A stretch of 64,000 nucleotides of DNA from Candidatus Magasanikiibacteriota bacterium (GCA_016182085.1 JACOYB010000007.1:6381-70380); one strand, 5' to 3'. Counted from the stretch's first letter, positions 38,229 through 50,526 are shown. The notes: a model not told the origin generated them from the sequence alone. Program-made: numbers and translations.

Positions 38229-39014
38229 TTATGGAAGGATCTGAGAACCTTCCCAGATGTCGTTATCTGGGTTGAAGTCATTCACGTGGGGTCGGGCTTC
38301 CAGACGCCAGTATGTGGTGGTTCCTTGGGGGAATACCTCTGGAGAAAAGAAGTACTGAATGTTGCCGATGTTGCTTGCAAGCGGCGTCGAATACGTGAAG
38401 GCGATTCCTCCGTAGATCCAAGGATTACCTGGATTGGTCCGATAACTAATCGTGGCCACACCTGGCTTTGTCAACTTGAAATCAATGTTGACAACTCGGT
38501 TATTGTTCCAGAGGAGGTAGATAGCGGTCCCACTGCGCACGAAGCGCAGCGGCGACATGTCCACGTACTGGGTGCAGGTCACGAGACTAGTCCCTCGGTC
38601 AAACATCAGCGACGGCGGAGAGGTGTTCTGGTCCAGGTCCACCACGCTAACATCGAGCCAGAAGTGGTCGTGGCATTGCACGCTGCACCAGCGGTCGCCA
38701 GGAATGAGATCCAGGGAGCATGACCACGACAGTTCCGATTGCTCCGTGCCGATGCAGTCGCCCCCCTCGCACCAGCAGTACCACGGGGTGTTCCGGCCGG
38801 CCCACTCGTAGGGCTGGCAGTAGGACGTGGGCTCTTCGGGCTCCACGCACACGCCATCGAGGCACACGCTAGTACCGGGACACTCCCCATCGGTCATGCA
38901 GACGCCGTAGTGTTCGTTGACGATCACTTCGGTATCAGTGCAGGCGGCCAGCGCGGTTATGGCATACAGGCAAAAAGCGGTCAGCAGCTTGTTCATTGTC
39001 GTGTTCTCCATCAA
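38229..39014 (-). CDS. GC-rich Cys-rich lipoprotein (probable true start MNKLL…LAAC about 18 nt inside the ORF)
   Basis: Lipobox ITALAAC. N-terminal Cys-rich module (CMTDGECPGTSVCLDGVC…). C-terminal beta-rich domain. Codon GC far above the backbone. Confidence 0.55.
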   Translation of the reverse strand: MMENTTMNKLLTAFCLYAITALAACTDTEVIVNEHYGVCMTDGECPGTSVCLDGVCVEPEEPTSYCQPYEWAGRNTPWYCWCEGGDCIGTEQSELSWSCSLDLIPGDRWCSVQCHDHFWLDVSVVDLDQNTSPPSLMFDRGTSLVTCTQYVDMSPLRFVRSGTAIYLLWNNNRVVNIDFKLTKPGVATISYRTNPGNPWIYGGIAFTYSTPLASNIGNIQYFFSPEVFPQGTTTYWRLEARPHVNDFNPDNDIWEGSQILP

Positions 39015-39136
39015 GGTGTTAAGACCCCTTAGGCGCCGAAAGCTTACGCTTCGACAGGGCCAATAAGAATCTCAACATTGTAAAAGAACAACATACTTTA
39101 GCATAAAAATGCCATTCTGTCAATGTAGTATAGAAG

Positions 39137-39166
39137 TGTTTAAAAATAAAAAACCCGATAGTATCA
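39137..39166. terminator. Bidirectional terminator followed by a diverged copy of the hairpin element (gccatgaatcgtcatggc, 39171-39188)
   Basis: aaaaaacccgata-gt-atcaggttttttat. The downstream hairpin shares the gccaNNN-cg-NNNtggc form with the two other copies. Confidence 0.5.
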
Positions 39167-39216
39167 GGTTTTTTATGCTTGCCATGAATCGTCATGGCGC
39201 CGTCCGCAACGCGGAT

Positions 39217-40266
39217 TTACATTTGACTATATTGTTCTTGTTCGGCCTTGGCTTCTTCCGGATCTTTGCAGTTGCCATAGTGGCAGATGTCGTCCGCGTT
39301 GCAACAATCACTATCTTCTTCGCAACCCGGCATGCACACACTTTCATCGCACACCGCCTCGCAACCACAGTCGCTATTTTTCGCGCATGTTGGCGGGAAG
39401 CACTTCTCGTAGTTACAGATTTCGTTGCCGGGGCAGTGAGAACTGTCTAGGCAATTTCCATCTTCAATTTCTTCACGAGAGTGACAGGTATCTTCGTAGT
39501 AGAAATCACCCTCGCAGCATAGTATGGGACGACCGGGGCTATAGGTGCTGCAACTATGCACTTCGTTACAAATTTCGCCGCAATCACAATCGGAATCAAA
39601 GTTGCATTCCGATTCCTGGCAGTACCCTTCTTTTACCATAAGGCCGCTGAATCTGCAGAAGTATCCAACCGGACAGTCACTGTCAGCGCAACAGCCAGGC
39701 TGGTGATCACAGCGATGGTTGATGCAATGAACTGCGCAACCTCCACCGCAATCGGCATCTGCATCGCATTCTGACTCGGTGCAGGTACCGCTAATTTCAT
39801 CACTGCTCTTATCACAAAATTCATCCGGCAGACAATCCGCATTGGCACAGCAGGAATCCGACTTGTGGCACTCGTCGTCCAAGCAGTCGTAGCCGCAACC
39901 GCAATCTTCGGCGGTGGCGCAGGTATGCTGGGTAGCATACTCGCCCCTGGAATTGTCCTCCGTACCTTCATCTAGCAAACATTTGCCACTCGCGCAGACA
40001 CTGTCCGACGGACAGTCATCATCCTTGGTGCATGTTGCAATTGCCGCGGCATTTATTGTCAAGGTGCGCGCCTTGTTTTTCTGGGCAACCGGTACTTGGC
40101 ACTGGTCGGCCGGTGAATTGTTGGATTCAACCGGAGCGCTTGGCCAAACCAGGTACGCAATTGCGAAAAACTGAATAAGCGCGATAAAAGGAAATACCCA
40201 CCCTTTCTTGTTGAACTGCATACTTCCTCCGTATAGGTAGAATACGCTAGCAAAATTGTTTGTCAA
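39217..40266 (-). CDS. GC-rich secreted protein built of tandem Cys/Asp-rich repeats (DxDC-x3-5-C-x3-5-C units); likely start MQFNKKGW…
   Basis: Signal/TM FPFIALIQFFAIAYLVWPSAP. At least ten repeats such as DDDCPSDSVCASGKC, AEDCGCGYDCLDDEC, DSDCPVGYFC, DSDCDCGEICNE, NSDCGCEAVCDESVC. Confidence 0.55.
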   Translation of the reverse strand: MTNNFASVFYLYGGSMQFNKKGWVFPFIALIQFFAIAYLVWPSAPVESNNSPADQCQVPVAQKNKARTLTINAAAIATCTKDDDCPSDSVCASGKCLLDEGTEDNSRGEYATQHTCATAEDCGCGYDCLDDECHKSDSCCANADCLPDEFCDKSSDEISGTCTESECDADADCGGGCAVHCINHRCDHQPGCCADSDCPVGYFCRFSGLMVKEGYCQESECNFDSDCDCGEICNEVHSCSTYSPGRPILCCEGDFYYEDTCHSREEIEDGNCLDSSHCPGNEICNYEKCFPPTCAKNSDCGCEAVCDESVCMPGCEEDSDCCNADDICHYGNCKDPEEAKAEQEQYSQM

Positions 40267-40289
40267 GAAAAATTAAAATTATAAAACAA

Positions 40290-40318
40290 AAAACCGCCTG
40301 AATTTTAGGCGGTTTTTT
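40290..40318. terminator. Bidirectional rho-independent terminator
   Basis: aaaaccgcc-tgaattttag-ggcggtttttt. Confidence 0.65.
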
Positions 40319-40326
40319 GTTTCTCA

Positions 40327-40379
40327 AAATTTCCAAAAGTTTTAGAAATTTAGTCAATGCCACATATCGTAGTGGCGAC
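40327..40379. repeat. Conserved 3'-UTR hairpin element copy 2
   Basis: aaatttccaaaagttttagaaatttagtcaatgccacatatcgtagtggcgac is a direct repeat of 38107-38160, about 2.2 kb away. Confidence 0.6.
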
Positions 40380-40433
40380 GCCTTGACTTGCGCCAAGGAC
40401 TCGCACAGACCCGTGAGAGGGGTCGGTGAGAGG

Positions 40434-41192
40434 TCAGGTAGGTGGAGGAGCGAAGATCGTGAGATGTTCCCGCCCAACATTTTCGTAGACCGACTGTTCG
40501 GCATCCAGTGGCGACTGGCTCCAGCGGAAACCATTCACCTTGGCGTCGATCGCGATCCCACTTGGCATCACACTGGCGCTGCAGTTGGTGCAGAACAGAC
40601 GGATGTCCTCGCCACCCACGTTTCCGCTGGGCGCAAACGGCCCACTCCAGCTGTAGAGGCGGGAATACCACTGACTCGTGATGTCACCGCCGGCAATCTC
40701 CGTAAGTGGCGCGGGTTGGCCGTTGATCATCATCCGGAACGTAGGCATGAAGTTGGTCGCGCTGGCCGACGAACGCGTGCCGTAGATCTCGTACTGAATG
40801 TACATGAGCTGCGGATTGCAACCCTCCGTACCCCCGCCGACTGGTACGGCGTTGAAGTGGCGGATTTCCACTTCGGCGGCCGGCATCTTGAGCGCGGTGC
40901 TCGACGTCGGGAAAGTGAGCTCCACCTTGCAGAGGCGGTCGAGGGCGCGCTGGTAGCACACCCCGGTATCTGCCAGGCACTCGCTGCCATCGGGGCACTG
41001 GGGGCCGCCGGGATCAGCGCAGGTCACGGGCACCTCCACTTCCCGCACGCAGGCCTCGCCTTCACGCTCGGTATCGGCCGGGCAAGTGGCGGGGCCAGCA
41101 TCGGCAAACTGCATGTTGACCCCATCACCACAGCCGGTGGCCATGATGAAGAGGGTGGTCGTGATCGCGATGATGAGCCGCATGTTGGGCAT
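40434..41192 (-). CDS. GC-rich Cys-rich lipoprotein
   Basis: Lipobox LFIMATGCGD. N-terminal Cys-rich module (CPADTEREGEACV…CADPGGPQCPDGSECLADTGVC). The C-terminal domain is loosely similar to that of 38229-39014. Confidence 0.55.
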   Translation of the reverse strand: MPNMRLIIAITTTLFIMATGCGDGVNMQFADAGPATCPADTEREGEACVREVEVPVTCADPGGPQCPDGSECLADTGVCYQRALDRLCKVELTFPTSSTALKMPAAEVEIRHFNAVPVGGGTEGCNPQLMYIQYEIYGTRSSASATNFMPTFRMMINGQPAPLTEIAGGDITSQWYSRLYSWSGPFAPSGNVGGEDIRLFCTNCSASVMPSGIAIDAKVNGFRWSQSPLDAEQSVYENVGREHLTIFAPPPT

Positions 41193-41381
41193 CGTAACGC
41201 TCCTTTGGTTTCATTGTCTTGAGATTCAGACCCCACTGACACCCCGAACATTTGTTCAGAGCAAGGGCCAGTAAGGGGCTGAATCTATTAAAAAGAACTG
41301 TATAATCTAACAAAAGACCTACTATTTGTCAATGGTAGCAAATGTATTTTGGCTAAAATAAGAGATTTTATGACCCTAAGG

Positions 41382-42056
41382 TTACGGTAGATCTTTGTTA
41401 TTTTCTCTATCCTTTTTCCACATTACTTTTTGAGTTTTGTAAATGACAACACCCAGACCGACCAGGGAAAAGATGAAAATGAAAGGCAGCAAGTTTGCCA
41501 GCGGCACCTTATCGTGAGAAAAAATAACGAGAAAATTGGTAATAATAAATCCCAGTCTAATTTCGGTGGGACCGATTTTAAAATATGAAATGCGGAATTG
41601 GTTGGTGGTGGAAAATGATAAATAAGAATTAACCATAAAGCCGCTGTATGTTGCCAAGATAAAAAACAGGGTGTTATATTTATCGGAAAAAATAAAAGAA
41701 TAACCGATAAGCAGCGCGCACAGAAAAATATAATCCAAAAAATGATCCATATAAAATCCCCAGCGCACCAAACCCATTTTTCTGTATTTCCCCAAAGATC
41801 CGTCCAAAGAATCGGTAATGTACTGAGCGACAATCATAACGGTTGTTCCCCACAGCCAGTTGATATTATATTTGCCGGCCAGATAGCCAAAAACAATAAT
41901 TAAGAAAGACCAAAGCAGCGTAGAAAGAGTAAGGTGATATGACTGAATCCAGGCGGGAATTTTTGGCACGCAAACGCCGATAAATTTTTGTTCTAATTTA
42001 TGAAATAAGGGCTTGCCAATTTTTTTATCTCCGGCAAAATTTTCTATAAATTCCAT
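41382..42056 (-). CDS. CDP-alcohol phosphatidyltransferase family membrane protein
   Basis: Polytopic protein with DSLDGSLGKYRKMGLVRWGFYMDHFLD, which fits D-G-x2-A-R…G-x3-D-x3-D with GK in place of AR. Confidence 0.55.
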   Translation of the reverse strand: MEFIENFAGDKKIGKPLFHKLEQKFIGVCVPKIPAWIQSYHLTLSTLLWSFLIIVFGYLAGKYNINWLWGTTVMIVAQYITDSLDGSLGKYRKMGLVRWGFYMDHFLDYIFLCALLIGYSFIFSDKYNTLFFILATYSGFMVNSYLSFSTTNQFRISYFKIGPTEIRLGFIITNFLVIFSHDKVPLANLLPFIFIFSLVGLGVVIYKTQKVMWKKDRENNKDLP

Positions 42057-42089
42057 ACGAATGAGTATATATGGCTTTTGTCCTATATA

Positions 42090-42620
42090 TTATTTTTTAT
42101 CGTCAAATTTATTCCATCCGGATTCAGTGATAATAGGGTACTGGTGATGAGCCAGAAGCTGTTTGAAATCTAAAAAATGAACATTATTTAACTGATATTT
42201 ATTTATTTTTTTACCGTTTCGTAATGTAAAAATTATATTTATATAATGGGTATAATGATGATGCAGGTCAAAAATAGACGGTTTAAAATTCAAGCCGAAA
42301 TTAACTTCAATATCCGCTGTATTTTCTTTTTTTATTTCCAATTTTGGTTTGCCCCAATGGGAAATTCTTAACATGCCGGACTGAACTTCCAGTTCCCGGT
42401 ATCTGTCAACAATAAAGAATATGGTAATGCCCATAAATACCACCATCGGTATTACGGCATTTAAGACCGGGTCAGTCGTATAATTAAGCACCAGGGTAAT
42501 CGTAATTGTTAAAATGAGCAGTTCTGCCAGGGAAAACAGAAAAAAATCCTTAACGGTAATTTTTCTCCGTAGAGAGAAAACATTTTTGGATAACTGATGA
42601 TGCAGATGCCACAGTGACAT
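42090..42620 (-). CDS. Hypothetical membrane protein (two TM helices + soluble domain)
   Basis: Hydrophobic helices at residues ~25-70. No known motif. Confidence 0.45.
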   Translation of the reverse strand: MSLWHLHHQLSKNVFSLRRKITVKDFFLFSLAELLILTITITLVLNYTTDPVLNAVIPMVVFMGITIFFIVDRYRELEVQSGMLRISHWGKPKLEIKKENTADIEVNFGLNFKPSIFDLHHHYTHYINIIFTLRNGKKINKYQLNNVHFLDFKQLLAHHQYPIITESGWNKFDDKK

Positions 42621-42621
42621 A

Positions 42622-43992
42622 CTATTTTTTAACTACTTTTGTCCCTTCGGGAGTATCCTCAACTGCATATCCCAAATCTTCAATTTGCTTTCTTAAATTA
42701 TCGCTTTCTTTCCAATTTTTTTCACTACGAGCCGTGTTTCTTTTTTCAATCAGTGTTTGTGTGTCTGCGGAAAGTTTAGTTTTATATTTTTTAATTTTGC
42801 CCAGTCCTAACCCCAGCACCCTGTCAAATTTTAGAATAGTTCTTTTTTTGGTGCTGGTCGGGAAAATAGGATCTTTTATCATCTCCCACATAATCGCTAA
42901 AGCCCGAGGCATATCCAAATCATCATTAACGGCTTCTAGAAAATTTTTCTCATATTCTGCGCAGCCTATTTTAGGTTTGTCCCAACTGGCGACAATATTA
43001 TAAAGGTGATTTAAACCATTTTGCGCGGCTTGTAATGCTTCCCAGGAAAAAGTGAGCTGTTTGCGGTAGTGAGTTTGCAAAAGCAGATAGCGATAGGCGA
43101 GGGGAGAAAAGCCTTTCTTTTTTATTTCTCCTAAAGTTAGAAACTCACCCGAAGATTTGGACATTTTGGCTCCGTCAAGAACCAAAAATTCCCCATGCAT
43201 CCAATAGTTTGCCAGAGGTTTGCCTTCAGCGGCTTCGCTTTGGGCGATTTCGTTGGTGTGGTGCACGGGAATATGATCTATGCCGCCACAGTGAATATCA
43301 AACGGCTGGCCCAGATATTTGGCAGCCATGGCCGAGCATTCTATGTGCCAGCCGGGGAAACCTATGCCCCAGGGGCTTTTCCACTCCATTTGTCTTTTTT
43401 GATCATGAGGGGAAAATTTCCACAGCGCGAAATCCGTAATATTTTTTTTCTCGCCCATATCCACTCTGGCCCCAGCTTTTAATTCTTGTTTATCAAGCCG
43501 CGCTAATTTTCCGTAATCAGGAAGTCTGGAGGTGTTAAAATATATGCCGTCACCGGTTTTGTAGGTAAAACCTTTTTTTTCCAACTTTTTTATTAAATTA
43601 ATTTGTTCTTTAATATTGTCTGTCGCTTTGGTAAATTTGTTTGGGAAAATAATCCCCAAATCTTCCAAATCTTTTTTAAAAATTTTTGTATATAATTTAG
43701 CGATTTGCCAAGCGGTTTTGCCTTCTCTGGCCGCGCCCTTTTCCATTTTGTCTTCACCCGTATCGGCATCGCTGGTAAGATGACCGACATCGGTAATATT
43801 CATGATATGTTTTACTTTGTAATTGTTATACAGTAAAACCCTTTTTAAAATATCTTCAAAAACATAAGTGCGCAAATTGCCGATATGTTGGTAATTATAA
43901 ACAGTCGGACCGCAGGTATATAACCCAACTTTATTTTTTTTAATAGCGTTGAACTCTTCAGTTTTTCGGGAGAGGGTATTATATATTTTCAT
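42622..43992 (-). CDS. cysS: Cysteine--tRNA ligase
   Basis: HIGH motif (…[11 protein letters not shown]…) and KMSKS ([11 protein letters not shown]). About 456 aa. Confidence 0.9.
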   Translation of the reverse strand: MKIYNTLSRKTEEFNAIKKNKVGLYTCGPTVYNYQHIGNLRTYVFEDILKRVLLYNNYKVKHIMNITDVGHLTSDADTGEDKMEKGAAREGKTAWQIAKLYTKIFKKDLEDLGIIFPNKFTKATDNIKEQINLIKKLEKKGFTYKTGDGIYFNTSRLPDYGKLARLDKQELKAGARVDMGEKKNITDFALWKFSPHDQKRQMEWKSPWGIGFPGWHIECSAMAAKYLGQPFDIHCGGIDHIPVHHTNEIAQSEAAEGKPLANYWMHGEFLVLDGAKMSKSSGEFLTLGEIKKKGFSPLAYRYLLLQTHYRKQLTFSWEALQAAQNGLNHLYNIVASWDKPKIGCAEYEKNFLEAVNDDLDMPRALAIMWEMIKDPIFPTSTKKRTILKFDRVLGLGLGKIKKYKTKLSADTQTLIEKRNTARSEKNWKESDNLRKQIEDLGYAVEDTPEGTKVVKK

Positions 43993-43996
43993 ATAT

Positions 43997-44503
43997 TTAA
44001 AGTTCTAAATCTAGTGCTTCGATATGATCGCTAATTTTACTACCGTTCAATTCAGGATTACGTTGCCATTTAAATTTAGAACACCTTCCTTCGAATTTAA
44101 TATTAGGGCAAGAATAATTTTCGGTATAAACTGAATATCCCCGTACCTCTGTATTTTCTAGCCTAGAGCAATTTTCTAATATTCCGGTATAGTCCTTTAT
44201 GTTTGGTATTGTCGCTACGCAACTGCCCTGGCACTGGTTTGAATATTTACAAGGCATGTTTTGATCGGCGTATGGAGGGATGCATCTGGCCTCAATAGTA
44301 AAATCCCAGTAGTTTGGTTCCATCCAGTAGCCACCAATTGAGTTGCACTGTCTTTTATTTTTTTCAACTTTATGTTTTGCAAAATATTCTTCAATATTTG
44401 CGCCGTATAATTCTTTGATCCCAGGGTAAAAAAGAATAATAACCGGTAAACAGGCTGCTATGAGAATTGCTACACTTAAAAATTTTGGTACCTGTCTAAA
44501 CAT
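43997..44503 (-). CDS. Membrane-anchored Cys-rich hypothetical protein
   Basis: N-terminal signal-anchor helix. Ten Cys in the extracytoplasmic part. Confidence 0.45.
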   Translation of the reverse strand: MFRQVPKFLSVAILIAACLPVIILFYPGIKELYGANIEEYFAKHKVEKNKRQCNSIGGYWMEPNYWDFTIEARCIPPYADQNMPCKYSNQCQGSCVATIPNIKDYTGILENCSRLENTEVRGYSVYTENYSCPNIKFEGRCSKFKWQRNPELNGSKISDHIEALDLEL

Positions 44504-44643
44504 AATTTACCATTTATACTATTGATAATAGTACCTTATTTATCCCCAGTTATCAACCAACCTATACTAGTAAGTCCTATTATTTGCTATAATAGACGAA
44601 GTTAAAGAACGTACTGCTAAGTTTTATATTCTATATTCTCAAA

Positions 44644-45792
44644 GTGCGTCCTATGTTCGGTTTTGGTAAACCAAAGTCCTATCTTGGAATTGATATTGGG
44701 TCCGGCGGTATGAAGCTGGTTGAGTTGCGATTGGAAAAGAAAAGACCGGTGTTATTTACATATGGCCTAACTTCCACCAAACAAGATATTCATAGAATTC
44801 AAGCTCACAAGGATCAAAATGTTGCAAGTCTGCTTCAACGAGAAGAAAAAACCGAAAACGCCGCCGCAGTCGAACAGTTTACGGAAGCACAGATAGCAAG
44901 TTATAGCGATACTGTAAAAAGTTTATGCAAAGCCGCTCGGGTAACTTCAAAAAACGCGGTGGTCAGCCTGCCGGTTTCTTCAGTTTTTCACGCGGTAGTT
45001 ACGCTGCCAATCGTAAAAAAAGAAGAATTGGATCATATTGTTAAAGCCGAAGTAAAAAAATTACTCCCCATGCCGCTGGAAGAAATGGCTTTGGATTTTC
45101 AGGTATTAAACGGATCTTCCGAAAGTAAAAGCCAGCGCGTACTCGTAAATGCGGTGTCAAACAAAATTATTGAATTTTATTCCAAAGTGTTTAGCCGGGC
45201 CGGATTAACTCTGGATGCTTTAGAGCCCGAATCTACGGCCCTAACCAGATGCCTTATGGGCAAAGATCAAGCGGTGGCCATGATTATAGATATCGGTTCG
45301 GAACGAACAAATTTTTTTATTATTGACCAGGGGGTGCCAATTACTCATCAGACCATTGAATCCGGCGGAGATAAGATAGACAAAATTTTACAAAATATTT
45401 TGGGTATTGAAGCGGATTTGGTGGAACGGGTAAAATATGACTTGTTTGATTATTTGCCAACCGGCAATAATGCCGTGCTGAGCGAGCAAAAATGGCTGGA
45501 CACGCTGATGCCGGTTATAGATCCTATACTTAAGGAAATAGACGTAAGCTTGGAAATGTATTTGCGCCAAAGCGGCAACGAAGGCAAGCGACCGGAGAAA
45601 ATAATTCTTACCGGCGGTATGTCACTTATGCCATTTTTGGCAAAGTATATTGAAAATAATTTTAGGATAAAATGTTATGTCGGCGATGCCTGGGCGAGAG
45701 TCGTTTACCAAGACGGATTAAAACCTTTGTTGCGTCAAATTGCTCCTAGAATGTCAGTGGCTATTGGTTTAGCATTGCGGAGTGTGGTATAA
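44644..45792 (+). CDS. pilM: Type IV pilus assembly ATPase-fold protein PilM
   Basis: N-terminus MFGFGKPKSYLGIDIGSGGMKLVEL, typical of PilM (actin-like fold). Sits in a pilin/prepilin-peptidase cluster. Confidence 0.7.
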   Translation: MRPMFGFGKPKSYLGIDIGSGGMKLVELRLEKKRPVLFTYGLTSTKQDIHRIQAHKDQNVASLLQREEKTENAAAVEQFTEAQIASYSDTVKSLCKAARVTSKNAVVSLPVSSVFHAVVTLPIVKKEELDHIVKAEVKKLLPMPLEEMALDFQVLNGSSESKSQRVLVNAVSNKIIEFYSKVFSRAGLTLDALEPESTALTRCLMGKDQAVAMIIDIGSERTNFFIIDQGVPITHQTIESGGDKIDKILQNILGIEADLVERVKYDLFDYLPTGNNAVLSEQKWLDTLMPVIDPILKEIDVSLEMYLRQSGNEGKRPEKIILTGGMSLMPFLAKYIENNFRIKCYVGDAWARVVYQDGLKPLLRQIAPRMSVAIGLALRSVV

Positions 45793-45814
45793 TATTTAAT
45801 ACTTATTCATACAT

Positions 45815-46204
45815 TTGATTATGGCCTCAAACAAACAAACCCATATCTTGATCGTGGAGGACGATCTTTTTTTAGCGGAAATTTATCAGAAAAAATTTGA
45901 AATGGAGGGTTTTAAAGTAAGCATGGCAAACAACGGTGAAAAGGCCCTTGTGGATATCAAAAAGAAACTGCCGGATTTAGTGCTTTTAGATATTTTACTT
46001 CCAAAATTAGACGGATTTTCCGTCCTGGAAGCGTTAAAGTCTGACAAAGCCACCAAAGATATTCCCGTTATTCTTCTTACCAACTTGGGCCAGCAAGACG
46101 ATGTGCAGCGAGGCCTGGAAAAAGGCGCCGCCGATTATTTAATCAAGACTCATTTTAAACCGTCAGAGGTTGTGGATAAAGTTAGAAAGATTTTGCACCT
46201 ATAA
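45815..46204 (+). CDS. Single-domain response regulator (CheY-like receiver)
   Basis: HILIVEDD…DLVLLDILLPKLDGF…ILLTNLG…KGAADYLIK carries the conserved Asp/Lys pattern of REC domains. Confidence 0.8.
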   Translation: MIMASNKQTHILIVEDDLFLAEIYQKKFEMEGFKVSMANNGEKALVDIKKKLPDLVLLDILLPKLDGFSVLEALKSDKATKDIPVILLTNLGQQDDVQRGLEKGAADYLIKTHFKPSEVVDKVRKILHL

Positions 46205-46279
46205 TTGTGATACAATTAAGTAGCGTTTTATTATATTGCGTAAAAAATTTATGTCTTATCACAGAAAGGGGGTGAGAAT

Positions 46280-46714
46280 ATGAAGAAATTGAATGAAAAA
46301 GGTTTTACGTTGATTGAATTGTTGGTTGTAATCGCCATTATCGGTCTATTATCAACACTCGCCGTAGTGTCTTTAGGAAACGCCAGACAAAAATCTCGCG
46401 ACGCGAGACGTCTTTCCGACCTAAAACAATTACAGACCGCTTTGGAACTTTACTATACAGATCAGACCGCTTATCCAGCCGGTGCTGCAGTTACTTTGGG
46501 CGCAGGCAACTATCGTTGTCTAAACGCCAGTGGTTGGGGAGCCCCAGGTTGTACCAGTGCCTATATGGGCCAGGTTCCAGCCGATCCATTGTCAACTCAA
46601 AATTACGTTTATACCGCAGCCTCCAGTTCTTATACTGTAACTGCGACTTTGGAAACAAACATGAACGGTTTGACCGGCGGAGTAACTCTCAGCCCATCGG
46701 GTATAGCCGACTAA
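46280..46714 (+). CDS. Type IV pilin/pseudopilin (class III signal peptide)
   Basis: KGFTLIELLVVIAIIGLLSTLAVVSL prepilin cleavage/methylation motif. Confidence 0.8.
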   Translation: MKKLNEKGFTLIELLVVIAIIGLLSTLAVVSLGNARQKSRDARRLSDLKQLQTALELYYTDQTAYPAGAAVTLGAGNYRCLNASGWGAPGCTSAYMGQVPADPLSTQNYVYTAASSSYTVTATLETNMNGLTGGVTLSPSGIAD

Positions 46715-46829
46715 TGTATATACAAAAACCAAAAAGCCCTCTTCAGTTTATCTGAATGGGGTTTTTTGTTTTTTTTAGCTTTGTGATAGAATATACCCGT
46801 TATCTGCCCTTCGGCAAAACTCCAAAAAC

Positions 46830-47618
46830 ATGAATTATTTAGTGTATACCGGTTATTTTTTTTATCTTATCATTTTTCTCATCGGCCTATCCCTTGGCAG
46901 TTTTTTAAATGCTTGGGTTTGGCGCACACGGGAAAATTTTAGAATTATCAGCGGGCGCAGCATGTGTCCGAATTGTCGGCGTCAACTAAGATGGTATGAA
47001 AATATACCGGTAATAAGTTTTTTAGTATTAGGGGGAAAATGCCATACCTGCCACAATCCTATTCCAATTCATTTTATTTTTGTAGAAATAAGCACAGCCC
47101 TGATTTTTCTTTTGGCAGCTTGGTTGCATGTTCGCGCGCCGGTTTTTGATTCGCTTCATTTTATACGAGACCTGACATTTTTGGTAATTCTGATCATGGT
47201 TTTTATTTATGATTTTCTCTATCAAGAAATTTTATCGGAACTTGTTTGGTTTGGGGCGCTCGCGGCCTTGTTTTTTAATTTATACTTAGACCGTAGTCTA
47301 GGCTATATGCTTATTGGCGCGCTTGCGATTGGCGGGTTTTTTTTCTTGCAATATGTGATTTCCAAAGGGCGCTGGATTGGAGGCGGGGACGTACGTTTGG
47401 GCATTATGATGGGAATATGGCTTGGTTGGCCGGTAGTTTTAGTTGCGTTAATTATTGCGTATGTTACCGGCGCGATTGGCAGCCTCTTTTTATTGCTTTT
47501 TAAAAGAAAAACTCTGAGCAGCGCTACGCCCTTTGGCACATATTTGGCCTTGGGAACGCTGGTTTGTATTTTTTGGGGCGACCAGATTGTGAGTTGGTAT
47601 GTGGGGCTGTTGCGATGA
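46830..47618 (+). CDS. pilD: Prepilin peptidase (A24 family)
   Basis: Zn-binding CPNCRR…CHTCHNPI loop and polytopic topology typical of PilD. Confidence 0.8.
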   Translation: MNYLVYTGYFFYLIIFLIGLSLGSFLNAWVWRTRENFRIISGRSMCPNCRRQLRWYENIPVISFLVLGGKCHTCHNPIPIHFIFVEISTALIFLLAAWLHVRAPVFDSLHFIRDLTFLVILIMVFIYDFLYQEILSELVWFGALAALFFNLYLDRSLGYMLIGALAIGGFFFLQYVISKGRWIGGGDVRLGIMMGIWLGWPVVLVALIIAYVTGAIGSLFLLLFKRKTLSSATPFGTYLALGTLVCIFWGDQIVSWYVGLLR

Positions 47619-49737
<2,119 letters not shown>

Positions 49738-50526
49738 TTATTTTATTGTCATGCCGTCGTAAGCCACGTCGGTATTTTTGTATTTATTTTTAACAAAGAC
49801 ACGAAGTTCTTTGTATGGCAGAGTAGAATGGCCAATGTGCGTGAATAGCACGCTTTTAATCCTCCATTTTTTATAAGTTTTTAACTGGCTGATTATGGCC
49901 AGATGTCCGCCAAAACTTCGTTTTAAAATAGAACCGTCAACGAGCGCCATGTTGGCTTGTTGGAAATATTTTTTTAATCCGCCAAGTGAAGACATGTCTG
50001 TGGCGTAGATTATTTTTTTGCCATTGGGAAAGCGTACAAGAAATCCAACAGTTGGTGTGTTGCGGGCGTGGTGAACGCGAAAAGGCAGTATTTTAATGCC
50101 AAAAAGATTTACCGGATGGCCGGCCCGCATAGTTTTGGCGGATTCGCTGTATAACAGCGCGTTGGCAAGATATTTAACGCCGTAATTAGCGTCCGGGTGG
50201 TTGTGGGTGATAAAAATAGCGTCCGGTTTTGGCAGCTTGGCGCGCCGCAGTTGATAAAGTATGTCCGGTCCGGAATCAAGCAAAATTAAATAGCCATTGT
50301 GTTGTATGGCGAGGCACGAACGGGTGCGACGATTTTTTTCGCCTTTTTTTGCTTCATTACACAATGAGTCATCGTGCAAAGGAAAATTTTTTTGGTAGTG
50401 TTCAATATCCAAATAATCTTCAAAAAGATTTGATTGCGTGCGGGGAAAAGGAAAAATGGACGAAGATCCGAGTACGGTAAGTTTAGTCATGGGGAGGCAA
50501 ATTATTAATAAACCACTGCCGGGCAA
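49738..50526 (-). CDS. MBL-fold metallo-hydrolase (likely start MTKLTVLG…)
   Basis: HxHxD motif THNHPD and downstream His/Asp ligands spaced as in the beta-lactamase-fold family. Confidence 0.6.
   Translation of the reverse strand: MPGSGLLIICLPMTKLTVLGSSSIFPFPRTQSNLFEDYLDIEHYQKNFPLHDDSLCNEAKKGEKNRRTRSCLAIQHNGYLILLDSGPDILYQLRRAKLPKPDAIFITHNHPDANYGVKYLANALLYSESAKTMRAGHPVNLFGIKILPFRVHHARNTPTVGFLVRFPNGKKIIYATDMSSLGGLKKYFQQANMALVDGSILKRSFGGHLAIISQLKTYKKWRIKSVLFTHIGHSTLPYKELRVFVKNKYKNTDVAYDGMTIK

Noticed and set aside
38100-38230. Integron attC-like sites downstream of the Cys-rich genes (looked for RYYYAAC … GTTRRRY pairs)
   Set aside because: Only a single ACCCAAC (inverse-core-like) heptamer is present on the gene strand. 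No matching GTTRRRY partner lies at attC distance, and no intI is in the window. I kept the region as a 'conserved 3' hairpin element' instead.
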